Assembly (NCBI GenBank): GCA_046289535.1
Contig: JBKBVO010000001.1
Location: 1-39,875, forward strand
Direction: 5' to 3'
Length of the DNA stretch: 39,875 bases
Source of the DNA: Deinococcales bacterium
Lineage (GTDB): Bacteria; Deinococcota; Deinococci; Deinococcales; JAAFIG01
The position numbers and the translations under genes were made by a program. The notes beneath the pieces are model-generated. The model saw nothing but the letters and a program-made list of their open reading frames with translations, had not been told where the DNA came from and made no database searches. How positions within the stretch are numbered: the stretch's first letter is position 1; the number at the start of each line of letters is the position of its first letter. Positions 18,070-29,064 of the stretch are shown piece by piece.

Positions 18070-20040
18070 ATGCCCAAACTCGCCGTTTGCGATTACCCCG
18101 AGCAGGTCTCCCCCACCGACTGGCAACACTTCCCCGCCAAAATGCGTCAGCTTGGCATTGAATACGTGCGCATCGGTGAATTCGCTTGGAGTCGTCTCGA
18201 GCCGAAGCGCGAGCAGTTTGATTTTACTTGGCTGGATACTGCTATAGAAACACTGCATCAACACAACCTTAAAGTTGTGCTTTGTACCCCCACTGCCACC
18301 CCACCAGCATGGTTAGTACAAGAACAGCCGAGCATCCTGCCTGTAGGCGCGAATGGTCAGGTGCGCGGTTTCGGCTCGAGACGGCATTATGATTTCGCGA
18401 GCGACGTGTACTGGCAAGAAACAGAGCGCATCGTGACCGCGCTCGCCAAGCGCTACGGGCAGCACGCAGCAGTGGTCGGTTGGCAAACCGATAACGAATA
18501 CGGCTGCCATAACACCACGCACAGCTACAGCACGGCGGCGCTGCTCAAATTCAGGGCATGGCTCGAGCAAAAATACACCAGCTTAGAAAAGCTCAATGCC
18601 GCCTGGGGCAACGCCTTTTGGTCGCAAGACTACAGCGCGTGGTCAGAGATTGGGCTACCCAACCAAACCGTGACCGAACCCAACCCCAGCCATGTGCTGG
18701 ACTTTTATCGTTTCTCGAGCCAGCTGGTGGTGCGCTACAACCAAATGCAGACCAAAATTCTGCGCGAGCATAGCCCAAACCGCTTTGTGACTCACAACTT
18801 TATGCTCTTTTTTGGCGATTTTGACCACTATGCTGCTGCCGCGCATCTGGATTTTGTCAGCTGGGATAACTACCCAACGGGCATGCTCGAGATGTCTTGG
18901 CTACCAGAAACCGAAAAGAACCGTCTGGCAAGGGTTGGACATCCAGATTTGGTGGGCTTTCATCACGACCTGTACTATGGGCTAAAGCAAAAACCCTTTT
19001 GGGTCATGGAGCAGCAATGCGGGCAAATCAATTGGGCACCCCACAACCCATTGCCCGCCACGGGTGCAGTGACGCTCTGGACACTGCAAGCCTTTGCGCA
19101 CGGTGCACAGACGGTTTCTTATTTTCGTTGGCAGGCGGCGCAAAATGCCCAGGAGCAGTACCACTCGGGGCTGCTCAGGCACGACAGCACCCCCGACCGA
19201 GGTTTTCTCGAGGTTGAACGCCTGGCAAAAAACCTGCCAAAACTGTCAAACGCGCCCAAACAAACCCAAGTTTGCCTGCTGCACGACTACGAGAGCCTGT
19301 GGGCGTTTGACCAACAAAAACACAGCGCCAACTCGAGCTATTGGGCGCAGGTTTTGATGTACTACAGCGCCTTGCGCCAATTGGGGCTGGATGTTGCGGT
19401 CTGCCACCCAATGGCAGATTTGAGCAGCTACGCCCTGATTGTCGCCCCAGCACTGATCCTTGGCTCGAGCCAGTTAGCAGCGCATTTGGAGCAATACGCC
19501 CAAAACGGCGCAAGCGTGGTTTTGGGGGCGCGTTCGGGGTTCAAAAACCAGCATGGTGGCGTAGCCGCCCCCAACCATTTGGCGCGGCTCGCGGGGGTGC
19601 GAATCAAAAACTTCGACAGCCTGCGCCAGGGTGTTCACAGCACGCTCGAGGCATTCGAGGGCAGTTACAAAACGCACACTTGGAACGAATCGCTCGAGCC
19701 ACTGGATCCCGATTTGCGCCTGCTCGGAACCTACTTTGAAGACCCGCTTTACAGCGAAATTGGGCTGACTTACCGCGCTTTTTCCAGTGGTGGCGGCGTG
19801 ATGTACATTGGCGTATGGGGCGAGGCGCTCATCAAGCGCTCGCTCGAGTACGCACTATTTCGTACAGGGGTCAATTACACCGAACTCGAGCCAAATTTGC
19901 GCTTAACAAGGCGCGGTGGGCAAGTCTACGCACAGAACTGGTCGCACGGCGGGTTGCCGCTGCCACTCGAGCCAGAAACAGAATTCGCGTACGGCAGCAG
20001 TATTCTCGAGCCGTTTGGGGTAGCGGTGTATTCAGAGTAA
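18070..20040 (+). CDS. Beta-galactosidase, glycoside hydrolase family 42
   Basis: 656 aa. YPEQ, W..D...M...G...VRIGEFAW..LEP and WQTDNEYG (acid/base Glu context) are typical of GH42. Confidence 0.9.
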   Translation: MPKLAVCDYPEQVSPTDWQHFPAKMRQLGIEYVRIGEFAWSRLEPKREQFDFTWLDTAIETLHQHNLKVVLCTPTATPPAWLVQEQPSILPVGANGQVRGFGSRRHYDFASDVYWQETERIVTALAKRYGQHAAVVGWQTDNEYGCHNTTHSYSTAALLKFRAWLEQKYTSLEKLNAAWGNAFWSQDYSAWSEIGLPNQTVTEPNPSHVLDFYRFSSQLVVRYNQMQTKILREHSPNRFVTHNFMLFFGDFDHYAAAAHLDFVSWDNYPTGMLEMSWLPETEKNRLARVGHPDLVGFHHDLYYGLKQKPFWVMEQQCGQINWAPHNPLPATGAVTLWTLQAFAHGAQTVSYFRWQAAQNAQEQYHSGLLRHDSTPDRGFLEVERLAKNLPKLSNAPKQTQVCLLHDYESLWAFDQQKHSANSSYWAQVLMYYSALRQLGLDVAVCHPMADLSSYALIVAPALILGSSQLAAHLEQYAQNGASVVLGARSGFKNQHGGVAAPNHLARLAGVRIKNFDSLRQGVHSTLEAFEGSYKTHTWNESLEPLDPDLRLLGTYFEDPLYSEIGLTYRAFSSGGGVMYIGVWGEALIKRSLEYALFRTGVNYTELEPNLRLTRRGGQVYAQNWSHGGLPLPLEPETEFAYGSSILEPFGVAVYSE

Positions 20041-20652
20041 AGGCTTATTTGGGTCGCGCACAGGCAACTGCAGACGGTAGTGCCGCGCCGCAAGTCTCGA
20101 GAAAAATGTCGCACTTGTGCCGAGTGCTAAAACAATTTCGCTCGAGGCGATGGGCGCGAGCAAAAAAATCACCACACAGCCGAGTGCGGCGGTGCTGGCG
20201 TACAATTCGCCCGGCAAAAAAATGCGCGGCACGTCTCTTGCCAGGACATCTCGAATCACACCCCCACCCACACCGGACACTGTGCCGATAAAAACCACAC
20301 CGAGCACACCAAAACCAAGCTCCACGCCGCGCTGCGCCGCAGTGGCAGCAAAGAGACTCAGACCCAGCGCATCCAAAATCTCGAGCTCGGATTCGCGCTT
20401 CTCGAGTCGGCGGTAACCCAAAAACCCAAGCAGCGCACCAATGATTGCCGCCCAAAGCAAGCGTTCGTCGCGGAACCACGAAGCGGGGAGTAAGCCAGTT
20501 AGGGTATCGCGCAGAGCGCCGCCGCCCACGGCAGTGACACAGCCAAGCACAATCACACCGAGCAAGTCAAAGCCTTTGCGTACACCAAGCATTGCACCCG
20601 AGGCAGCAAATACGATTGTACCGATGAGCGAAGCAACCTCGAGCGCAGTCAT
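20032..20652 (-). CDS. Trimeric intracellular cation channel-like membrane protein (UPF0126/YadS family)
   Basis: 206 aa with two repeats of the glycine-rich motif (AVGGGALRD and GVGGGVIRD) characteristic of UPF0126. Confidence 0.75.
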   Translation of the reverse strand: MTALEVASLIGTIVFAASGAMLGVRKGFDLLGVIVLGCVTAVGGGALRDTLTGLLPASWFRDERLLWAAIIGALLGFLGYRRLEKRESELEILDALGLSLFAATAAQRGVELGFGVLGVVFIGTVSGVGGGVIRDVLARDVPRIFLPGELYASTAALGCVVIFLLAPIASSEIVLALGTSATFFSRLAARHYRLQLPVRDPNKPLL

Positions 20653-20960
20653 GGAGTGATTTTACCCCTCGAGTGTATCAATTCGTTTAGAATCTTCGGC
20701 TCGAGTCAAGCTACCGTAACGTGCCCAGGTATGATTCAAAAGCAACATAACGACAGGCTATTGTCAATAAAAAGCCGACCCCAATGTGTTAAAGGTACTT
20801 GTGTATTTATTTTTTAACCACGAGTATCCGCAGTACTTTGGTTCGGTTCTCGCCATAAAATTATACGAAGCACCACATGCCTTTACAACAACTCTAGCAT
20901 TTGCCAAGCCCAAGGCAGTATGCTTTACACCAAACAAACGTTTATTAGGAGACGATCCCC

Positions 20961-22691
<1,731 letters not shown>

Positions 22692-22764
22692 GCGATAACT
22701 TGTTCCAAGAATGCTCTTTACCAAGGGGCAACAGGGATTTGCACCCACGCTATACGTGAATCCC

Positions 22765-23970
22765 CTAGTTCGGGTTGCGCTTCTGCTCTTTTATTTTCAC
22801 TTCGGCAACCAAACCCACAGCCACTAACTCGAGCGGCTTATGCGTTACAGCTTGCGCTTCCTTGAGTGCGTTGTGCGCAAAACTCCCAATTTTTGTAATT
22901 CCATAGAGCGACAACAGCGACCGAATCGTAGCTGTGGGGTCTTTGGCAGCTCGGGCGCGTTTGTAGGCTTTTTCTGCCATCTCGAGCGCCTTTTGCTTTG
23001 CCCCCCAGAGCAAATGCACCTCTGCCAAGACCGCTAAAGTGAGAGCACTAGCTTCCTCGGAGAGCACTTCGGCAATGCCAATCGCCTGTCCTAAGACAAT
23101 TGCGGCCTCTTTGGGTTCGCTTTGTGTGGCTTTGGCTTGGGTAAGCAACACTTCGCCAATTAAAGTTTTGGCGCTCATGGCTAAGAAACCATCTTCGCTG
23201 GCTTTTGCAGCTTGAAAAGCGGCTTCGGCGCTGGCTCGGGCTTCGGGCAAACGCCCTAAAAACCAGAGCGCATTGGCTTGGTGCAACAGCGCAAAGCCTT
23301 GGGCTTCGCCATCAGGCAGCGGCTCGAGAGCGCTTAAGGCTTGTTCGAGCCGACCTAAACGCACCAAAATTGCTGCATAATTGACCTTGGCACTAGCCTG
23401 CTCTGCGGGCGCAAGCAAAGCCAATCCCGTTTCGAAGTGGGTTGCTGCTTCAGCCAAGCGGTTCAGGCGGTGGTAAAACTTGCCAAGCTCGAGCCAAACC
23501 TGTGCAGCAAAGTTTGGTTTTTGGCTTTGGGCTTCGCGTTCTACATATTCTATATTTTTTTGAGCTTCGGGCAAGCGCGAGGCTTCAAGCAAACCCTGTG
23601 TATTCTCAAGCAACACTTTCAGAAAGTGCAAGTGCACTGCAAAACGCTCCGCCTCGAGCCAGCGGTCGAATTCGGCGCTCACACTCGGGCAATCTGGCGC
23701 AAGTATGGCTTTTTGTCGGTGCAAGGTTTTTAAATCGGTTGTGGCGTAGTAAAGTAGAACGTCCGAGGCACACTCGAGTCGCCATGCACCGCTTGGCATC
23801 TGCTCGAGATAAGGCGCAAATACTCCTTGCTCTTTTGGCATCTCAAGTTCTATGGGTTCATTGGTACAAGCTAAACGCACGAGCGGCTCTAAAAGCGACG
23901 GTGCAGGTATGGCGACAGGCTTTTGGTCAATCATAAAGCCAATCTTTCCAAGAAGAGTAACAACAAGCAT
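22765..23970 (-). CDS. SARP/BTAD-like regulator with C-terminal TPR repeats
   Basis: Starting from the ATG at 23970: LLGK..F.IDQKPV, then EFDRWLEAER (BTAD-like), then alanine-rich TPR-like repeats. The functional call is tentative. Confidence 0.45.
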   Translation of the reverse strand: MLVVTLLGKIGFMIDQKPVAIPAPSLLEPLVRLACTNEPIELEMPKEQGVFAPYLEQMPSGAWRLECASDVLLYYATTDLKTLHRQKAILAPDCPSVSAEFDRWLEAERFAVHLHFLKVLLENTQGLLEASRLPEAQKNIEYVEREAQSQKPNFAAQVWLELGKFYHRLNRLAEAATHFETGLALLAPAEQASAKVNYAAILVRLGRLEQALSALEPLPDGEAQGFALLHQANALWFLGRLPEARASAEAAFQAAKASEDGFLAMSAKTLIGEVLLTQAKATQSEPKEAAIVLGQAIGIAEVLSEEASALTLAVLAEVHLLWGAKQKALEMAEKAYKRARAAKDPTATIRSLLSLYGITKIGSFAHNALKEAQAVTHKPLELVAVGLVAEVKIKEQKRNPN

Positions 23971-24020
23971 TGGGCACAGCCTAACGTGCACAAGGTTTTC
24001 GCGTCTCGAGTCAAAAACCC

Positions 24021-24050
24021 TTGACACACTGTTAAAAAAATTTGTAAAAC
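24021..24050 (+). promoter_or_regulatory. Candidate sigma70-type promoter for the GAF/GGDEF gene
   Basis: TTGACA at 24021-24026, an 18-nt spacer, then TAAAAC at 24045-24050, about 120 nt upstream of the ATG at 24169. Confidence 0.3.
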
Positions 24051-24168
24051 TTCTTGCAAGCCATGCAAATGAACACAGAGTACAGTTCACAAGTGCAGCG
24101 ACTTCTCAAAAAGTACCAAACACAAGAAATACACCACAAACTCAGAATTTACAAGCTAGTATGAAGTC

Positions 24169-24759
24169 ATGAGCGCAACAACCAATGCCGGGCAAATTCT
24201 TGAGCAGCAGTTGCTCGAGGCTCAGATATTGCACCGTGTCAATGCAGCCACCAGCGATGACCCACGTCGTGTTCTGGAGATAATCTGCACCGAAATTGCA
24301 AAAACGCTCAACGCCGATTCAGTCGCATTTGGTCGGCTCAGTGATGCAGGTGATTCCCTGGAAATTATCGCAGAATATTGCCAAAATCAGAACGCCGCTC
24401 TCAGTACTTTTTTGCCACTAACAGAAGGTCAAATCACCTTTCACACACTACGTGAGCGCCGAGCTGTCGTCATGGATGCACAAAATAACCCAGATTTTGC
24501 TGTACACCGCAAAACACTTGAAAAACTGGGCATCAAAAACATGATGATCGTGCCGATTGTAGAGCACCAAGCTATTTTTGGCGCACTCAGCGTAGATTCG
24601 TTCATTGCAAAGAATTTTAGCATCGCCGATCAGCAATTCGCAATGAATGCGGTTCAAGCCGCCATGCCCGCCTTAAAACAAATGCAAATTATTGAAGCAT
24701 TGCGCCAAAGCCAGAATCGTTTTATTCATTTGGTCAACAAACTCGAATGCATTGTTTAA
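24169..24759 (+). CDS. GAF-domain protein; probably the N-terminal fragment of a GAF-PAS-GAF-GGDEF protein, ended by an in-frame TAA
   Basis: 196 aa with a GAF-like core. The last residues NRFIHLVNKLECIV look like the start of a PAS domain that continues in the same frame after the TAA at 24757-24759. Confidence 0.65.
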   Translation: MSATTNAGQILEQQLLEAQILHRVNAATSDDPRRVLEIICTEIAKTLNADSVAFGRLSDAGDSLEIIAEYCQNQNAALSTFLPLTEGQITFHTLRERRAVVMDAQNNPDFAVHRKTLEKLGIKNMMIVPIVEHQAIFGALSVDSFIAKNFSIADQQFAMNAVQAAMPALKQMQIIEALRQSQNRFIHLVNKLECIV

Positions 24760-24789
24760 GAGGGTGTAATTTTAGATGGGCAAATTCAC

Positions 24790-26046
24790 TTGAGCTTTGT
24801 CTCACAATATTCCCAAACCAACATGGGTTATTCAGTCCAAGAGTGGTACCAAAATCCAAAATGGTTTGAAATGGCCATCTATAAGCCAGACCTCGAGTCT
24901 GTATGTGGTCAATTACAAAAAGCGATTCATTCACTCGAGCCTATTGATTTCGAGTACCGCGTTCAGCACAAAAACGGTGGCTTGGTTTGGCTTCGCAATC
25001 AACTCAGTTTTGAAGTACAGAACAACCGCGTTTTTTGGCGCAGTCTGGCTACAGACATCAGTCAAGCCAAAAAACAACAACAACTCGATCAAGAACGCAA
25101 CCATATCCTCGAGATGATTGCTCAGGGAGCAGCGCTCACCGATACCCTGCAAACCATAGTGGGGCTGCTCTATAGACAGTTTGGTTTACCTGTTGGGATT
25201 TCAAGCTACCAGGCTGCAAGCGCCCAGCTCTTGGCGCAAGTGGGTCTGCCAGCTCCCGTGATTACCGAAATGAAGCATATTCAGCTTGGCGAAAATGCCC
25301 TCGAAATGCGGAGATTACTCAAGCAAGGAGAAATCTATCACTTAAAAGTCGCCGATACAGGCATATTCTCGCCAGTTCTTTGTGGGCACCTACTACGCGC
25401 AGGCTTAGAGTACGCTACCCTGTTGCCAATGCATCTCGAGTCTGGACAAGTGCGTGGTGGCTTGGTGTTTTTTTCGCCCACCGAGTTCTTAGAGGCAGCA
25501 GATGCGCGCATTCGGTCTGGCTGTGACCTCGCCGCTATTGCTATCGAGCGGCAGCGCTTATTGGATTCACTCGAGCATCAAGCACTGCATGACCCACTGA
25601 CCGGTTTACCAAATCGCGCCTTATACAAGGCACACCTGGAACACGCAATGGCAACTGCTCTACGCAATCAAAGTAGCTTTGCTTTAATACAGCTCGATCT
25701 AAATTTTTTCAAATCACTCAATGATACCTATGGACACACATACGGAGATAAAGTCTTGTGCCGAGTAGCTCAAACGCTGCTGCAAGCCGTCCGTGCTTCA
25801 GATTTGGTAGCACGACTTGGTGGCGACGAGTTCTGCATCGTTGCATTGGACATTAAAACCCATGAGGAAGCACAACATTTTTGCCACAAACTCGAGCAAA
25901 CTTTAGCCTCTATAGACCTCGAGTCTGGAGAAAGTGTCAGTGCTGCTATTGGTTATGCTATTTTTCCCAGCGATGCCGACCAAGCCGATTCGCTCTATAG
26001 CCATGCCGACCGCGCGATGTACCACGAAAAAAAATTAGCTCGGTAA
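24790..26046 (+). CDS. PAS(partial)-GAF-GGDEF diguanylate cyclase, C-terminal part of the interrupted gene
   Basis: It is in the same frame as 24169-24759. The PAS core is GYSVQEW...[16 protein letters not shown]. The GGDEF domain has an intact RLGGDEF and an RxxD (RASD) I-site 5 residues upstream. The track start at 24790 is a TTG, and the first ATG is at 24832. Confidence 0.8.
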   Translation: MSFVSQYSQTNMGYSVQEWYQNPKWFEMAIYKPDLESVCGQLQKAIHSLEPIDFEYRVQHKNGGLVWLRNQLSFEVQNNRVFWRSLATDISQAKKQQQLDQERNHILEMIAQGAALTDTLQTIVGLLYRQFGLPVGISSYQAASAQLLAQVGLPAPVITEMKHIQLGENALEMRRLLKQGEIYHLKVADTGIFSPVLCGHLLRAGLEYATLLPMHLESGQVRGGLVFFSPTEFLEAADARIRSGCDLAAIAIERQRLLDSLEHQALHDPLTGLPNRALYKAHLEHAMATALRNQSSFALIQLDLNFFKSLNDTYGHTYGDKVLCRVAQTLLQAVRASDLVARLGGDEFCIVALDIKTHEEAQHFCHKLEQTLASIDLESGESVSAAIGYAIFPSDADQADSLYSHADRAMYHEKKLAR

Positions 26047-26853
26047 ATTCGCACGCGGGTATGAGCCGATCACTTTGATAAAACTGGCTTTTTCAGTCAT
26101 GCCAAGCATTGCGGCTTGGACTTCGGGCTGATGTAAACCGCCTTCAAAGTCTATGTAAATATAGTAGGAAAATGCTCGATCACGGCGTGGACGCGATTCA
26201 ATACGCGTGAGGTTTAAGCCTTTTAACTGCCCCAAAGTCTCGAGCAAAAAACCAGGGGTGTGACGCACCGCAAACACCAAACTGGTCTTATATGGCAAAT
26301 CTTGTACTTCGCGCTCAAAACGCGACAGTACCAAAAAACGCGTGTAGTTGAAATCTTCATCTTCGATATTTTGAGCAAGCACCTCGAGACCATAAAGTTC
26401 GGCAGCCCGTTGCGAGGCAATCACCGCTTCATCCAGTGACCCACGTTTTCGCAATTCCTGAGCGGCACCTGCGGTATCAAAAGCACTGACTGGAACAAAA
26501 CCATTTTTGGCAATAAAACCATCGCACTGCGCCAGCGCTTGGGGGTGCGAATGCACACGTTTGATATCTGAAAATTTTACGCCGGGCAAAGCCAGCAGTT
26601 GGTGTTTTACACGCACAATCACTTCACCAATGATATGCAAATCGGTTTCAGGTAATAAATCCATCGCTTGTTGCACCGTTCCAGCAAGGCTATTTTCCAC
26701 TGGAATTACACCAAGCTCGACCTCACCCTGCGCAACAGCAACAAAAACCTGATGAAAAGTCGGGTAGCCCAGGGCTTGGGCATTTTTATCCACCTCGAGT
26801 GCGGCGATTTCGCCATATGCGCCATTGATTCCCTGAAAAGCAATCCGCTGCAT
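26035..26853 (-). CDS. pheA: Prephenate dehydratase (PDT plus ACT domain)
   Basis: [17 protein letters not shown] and ESRP motifs. Start set at the ATG at 26853 (MQRIAFQG), with an alternative at 26871. The track ORF extends further upstream. Confidence 0.88.
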   Translation of the reverse strand: MQRIAFQGINGAYGEIAALEVDKNAQALGYPTFHQVFVAVAQGEVELGVIPVENSLAGTVQQAMDLLPETDLHIIGEVIVRVKHQLLALPGVKFSDIKRVHSHPQALAQCDGFIAKNGFVPVSAFDTAGAAQELRKRGSLDEAVIASQRAAELYGLEVLAQNIEDEDFNYTRFLVLSRFEREVQDLPYKTSLVFAVRHTPGFLLETLGQLKGLNLTRIESRPRRDRAFSYYIYIDFEGGLHQPEVQAAMLGMTEKASFIKVIGSYPRANLPS

Positions 26854-26933
26854 GCCATGCAAGCGTAGCATTTTTGCTCTAGGATGTGGTACACTCACCG
26901 CATGACCTGTTAAGGGTTGCGCAACGTGTCTCT

Positions 26934-26972
26934 CCCCCAAGTGCCTTTTTTGGCGCAAGGGGGTTTTTTCTT
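26934..26972 (+). terminator. Terminator-like GC hairpin plus T-run with no upstream plus-strand gene
   Basis: CCCCCaaGTGCC-tttttt-GGCGCaaGGGGG at 26934-26963, followed by TTTTTTCTT. It lies between the divergent pheA and the DUF4258-like gene. Confidence 0.4.
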
Positions 26973-26999
26973 AAAAGGGATACAAAAGGGGGAAGCGCC

Positions 27000-27413
27000 A
27001 TGAGACGAACCAGCCTCACCGACCTTCAAGACCTGATTTGGCAAGGACGCTATTCGATTAAATCCCATGCTGCGCGTCATGCTCGCGCCGAGGGCTTTAC
27101 CGAAGCGGATATTGTACAAACCCTCGAGTACGGACGCGAGTTAGCGGTTTATCCCGAGGACTGCCGTTTGCTCGTTCTGGGGTATATTTCGGTCAGTTCG
27201 CAATTGCGAATACCACTTCATGTTGTGGTGGATTATTCGCCCTATCGTTGGGTGGATGTTATAACAGCCTATATTCCCGACCAGCCTTATCGTGTTGTCT
27301 CGAGAGAGCGTGTGGCAATTTTAATTTCCGAGGAGCGCGAGCGCACCGTGCGCCCCAAAGGACAACGCTACCGCCCACGCGGATGGAGAATGCGCGGCTT
27401 GGCTCTGCGCTGA
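27000..27413 (+). CDS. DUF4258-like small protein with arginine-rich C-terminal tail
   Basis: The ATG at 27000 is preceded by AAAGGGGGA. The N-terminal 90 aa (I..GRY.I..HA..HA..EGFTE.DI...L..G) resemble DUF4258 toxin-like proteins as I recall them. The tail is RPKGQRYRPRGWRMRGLALR. Confidence 0.4.
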   Translation: MRRTSLTDLQDLIWQGRYSIKSHAARHARAEGFTEADIVQTLEYGRELAVYPEDCRLLVLGYISVSSQLRIPLHVVVDYSPYRWVDVITAYIPDQPYRVVSRERVAILISEERERTVRPKGQRYRPRGWRMRGLALR

Positions 27414-27460
27414 CTGCAGCAAACAGACGGATGGTTTTTCTGCTCAAGTCCGGCGCAAAT

Positions 27461-28093
27461 TTATTTTTTCTTGCTCACAATATAAACCCGAATCATTTTC
27501 GAGGGGGTAGCGGGTGGCTCGCCTTTATTCAGTGCATTGAGCACTTTTTCACCCTCGAGCAACCGCCCAAAAATCGTGTGCTTGCCATTTAAATGTGTGG
27601 TTGGCACAAAAGTGATAAAAAATTGGCTGCCATTGGTTCCTGGTCCTGCATTTGCCATTGCGAGTAAATTCTTTTTATCGAAAGTCAGTTTCTGGCGAAT
27701 TTCATCACCAAACTGATAGCCTGGTCCGCCCGTTCCTGTGCCAAGCGGGTCTCCGGTTTGAGCCATAAAGCCTTCGATAACGCGGTGGAAGATAATCCCA
27801 TCGTAGAATTTATGGCGTGCCAAAAAAACAAAGTTATTGACGGTCACAGGGGTATCGTCCTCGAATAAATCAAGCACCATCCGCCCTTTTTCAGTTTCGA
27901 CCACAGCGCGATAGTCGGTGTTATCCGCCAAAACGTACTTGGGGGCTTTAAACGAGGTGACTCGAGTTTTACTTAAACCTGGCTCGAGTTTAAACCCACT
28001 CGGAATAAATGGCTTTGTGCCTTGTGCCAAAACGCTCGAGATGGCTGCCGCACCCAGTACTAAACCTGATACAATCCGTAAAGCTGTTTTCAT
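27461..28093 (-). CDS. Secreted cyclophilin-type peptidyl-prolyl cis-trans isomerase
   Basis: Signal peptide [23 protein letters not shown], then cyclophilin motifs FHRVI.GFM.Q.GDP, GPGY.F.DE and [13 protein letters not shown]. Confidence 0.9.
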   Translation of the reverse strand: MKTALRIVSGLVLGAAAISSVLAQGTKPFIPSGFKLEPGLSKTRVTSFKAPKYVLADNTDYRAVVETEKGRMVLDLFEDDTPVTVNNFVFLARHKFYDGIIFHRVIEGFMAQTGDPLGTGTGGPGYQFGDEIRQKLTFDKKNLLAMANAGPGTNGSQFFITFVPTTHLNGKHTIFGRLLEGEKVLNALNKGEPPATPSKMIRVYIVSKKK

Positions 28094-28177
28094 CGTGTTG
28101 TATTCTATACCCAAGCGCTGTGACCTAATAACAAGCCAAGATGAGAAGACACGTCACTATTCAGAGCAGACATTATC

Positions 28178-28186
28178 TGATATATT
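28178..28186 (+). promoter_or_regulatory. Candidate extended -10 promoter element for the sdh operon
   Basis: TGATATATT (TGn plus TATATT) about 33 nt upstream of the sdhC ATG. The -35 element is weak. Confidence 0.3.
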
Positions 28187-28218
28187 TAACCAGGTTAAAT
28201 AAATTTTGGAGGGTAACT

Positions 28219-28611
28219 ATGTACAAAGGAAGAGAAGGGCAGTGGGCATTTTTCCTGCATCGCCTTTCGGGTATTGCAATTTTGCTGTACCTGATTATGC
28301 ACACCGTTTCAATTGGCTCGACTATGCTTGGTGAACAGGTTTATACGGCTGTACACAAAGTCTATGAGCTAATGCCGTTTCGTCTAGGTTTGATTGGAGT
28401 GGCGGGTGCGGTTGCCTATCACGCTTTTAATGGTTTACGCATTGTTTTAATGGACTTCACCGATTGGGGTGTGAAGTATCAGCGTCAGCTTTGGTATGCC
28501 GCTCTGGTTTTAGCGGGACTGTTTATGCTGCTCACACTCTACGCCAACCTGCCACGTCTGTTCCCTAGCGTGTTCACCTATAGTATGCCCTGGGAGGTTT
28601 ATGGCAATTAA
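28219..28611 (+). CDS. sdhC: Succinate dehydrogenase cytochrome b subunit SdhC
   Basis: The ATG at 28219 is preceded by GGAGGG. It encodes a 130-aa three-helix membrane protein (HRLSGI..L.YL..H) and is the first gene of an sdhCDAB array. Confidence 0.8.
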   Translation: MYKGREGQWAFFLHRLSGIAILLYLIMHTVSIGSTMLGEQVYTAVHKVYELMPFRLGLIGVAGAVAYHAFNGLRIVLMDFTDWGVKYQRQLWYAALVLAGLFMLLTLYANLPRLFPSVFTYSMPWEVYGN

Positions 28612-29008
28612 AGCCCGTACGTTCCGCGATGCAAAAGCCCAAGCAAAGTCTAACCCGGAGCTTGTGTGGTGGGTTTTCATGCGTCTGTCTGGCACCGCAC
28701 TTGTTTTGCTTACCTTGTTTCACCTTTTCAAAAACCATATCGTTGCCGATGAAGCTGGCTGGGATTACGAAGCTATTGCCTCGAGTTATGCCGATTGGTG
28801 GAATAAGCTGTATTTGTTTGCCTTGCTGAGTTTAGGCTTGCTGCACGGTGGAAACGGTCTGCGTTACGTGATAGACGATGCTACTGCCAAGAATCCTGTT
28901 GCGCGTTTTTGGGCAAAAGCCGTAGCTTACAGCGTTTTAGCCGCCGTTTTGGTTTTTGGGTTGCTGGCACTGATTGTAAAAATTCCCATCCCTGGCGTAG
29001 ACAATTAA
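28601..29008 (+). CDS. sdhD: Succinate dehydrogenase membrane anchor subunit SdhD
   Basis: 135-aa hydrophobic protein with RBS GGGAGG. It overlaps the sdhC end by 11 bp and sits between sdhC and sdhA. Confidence 0.75.
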   Translation: MAIKARTFRDAKAQAKSNPELVWWVFMRLSGTALVLLTLFHLFKNHIVADEAGWDYEAIASSYADWWNKLYLFALLSLGLLHGGNGLRYVIDDATAKNPVARFWAKAVAYSVLAAVLVFGLLALIVKIPIPGVDN

Positions 29009-29064
29009 CCAAAGTAAGTCTCGAGCAATAAGTTTTAAGCTGTCTGCTAATTGAGGAGCAAAAT

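Noticed and set aside
20653-20960. A 308-bp AT-rich spacer between the TRIC-like gene and malic enzyme, considered as a possible small gene or ncRNA locus
   Set aside because: It holds only weak promoter-like hexamers, with no ORF carrying an RBS and no stable hairpin. It is most simply a shared divergent promoter region.
29012-29028. A 17-mer AAGTAAGTCTCGAGCAA repeated with one mismatch at 32790-32806, and a 12-mer ATTTAAGTAAGT shared by 5747-5758 and 32786-32797
   Set aside because: A back-of-envelope expectation for such matches in a 40-kb window, counting all pairs on both strands, is of order one to several (17-mer with one mismatch) and tens (12-mer). That is consistent with chance, especially given the CTCGAG bias.
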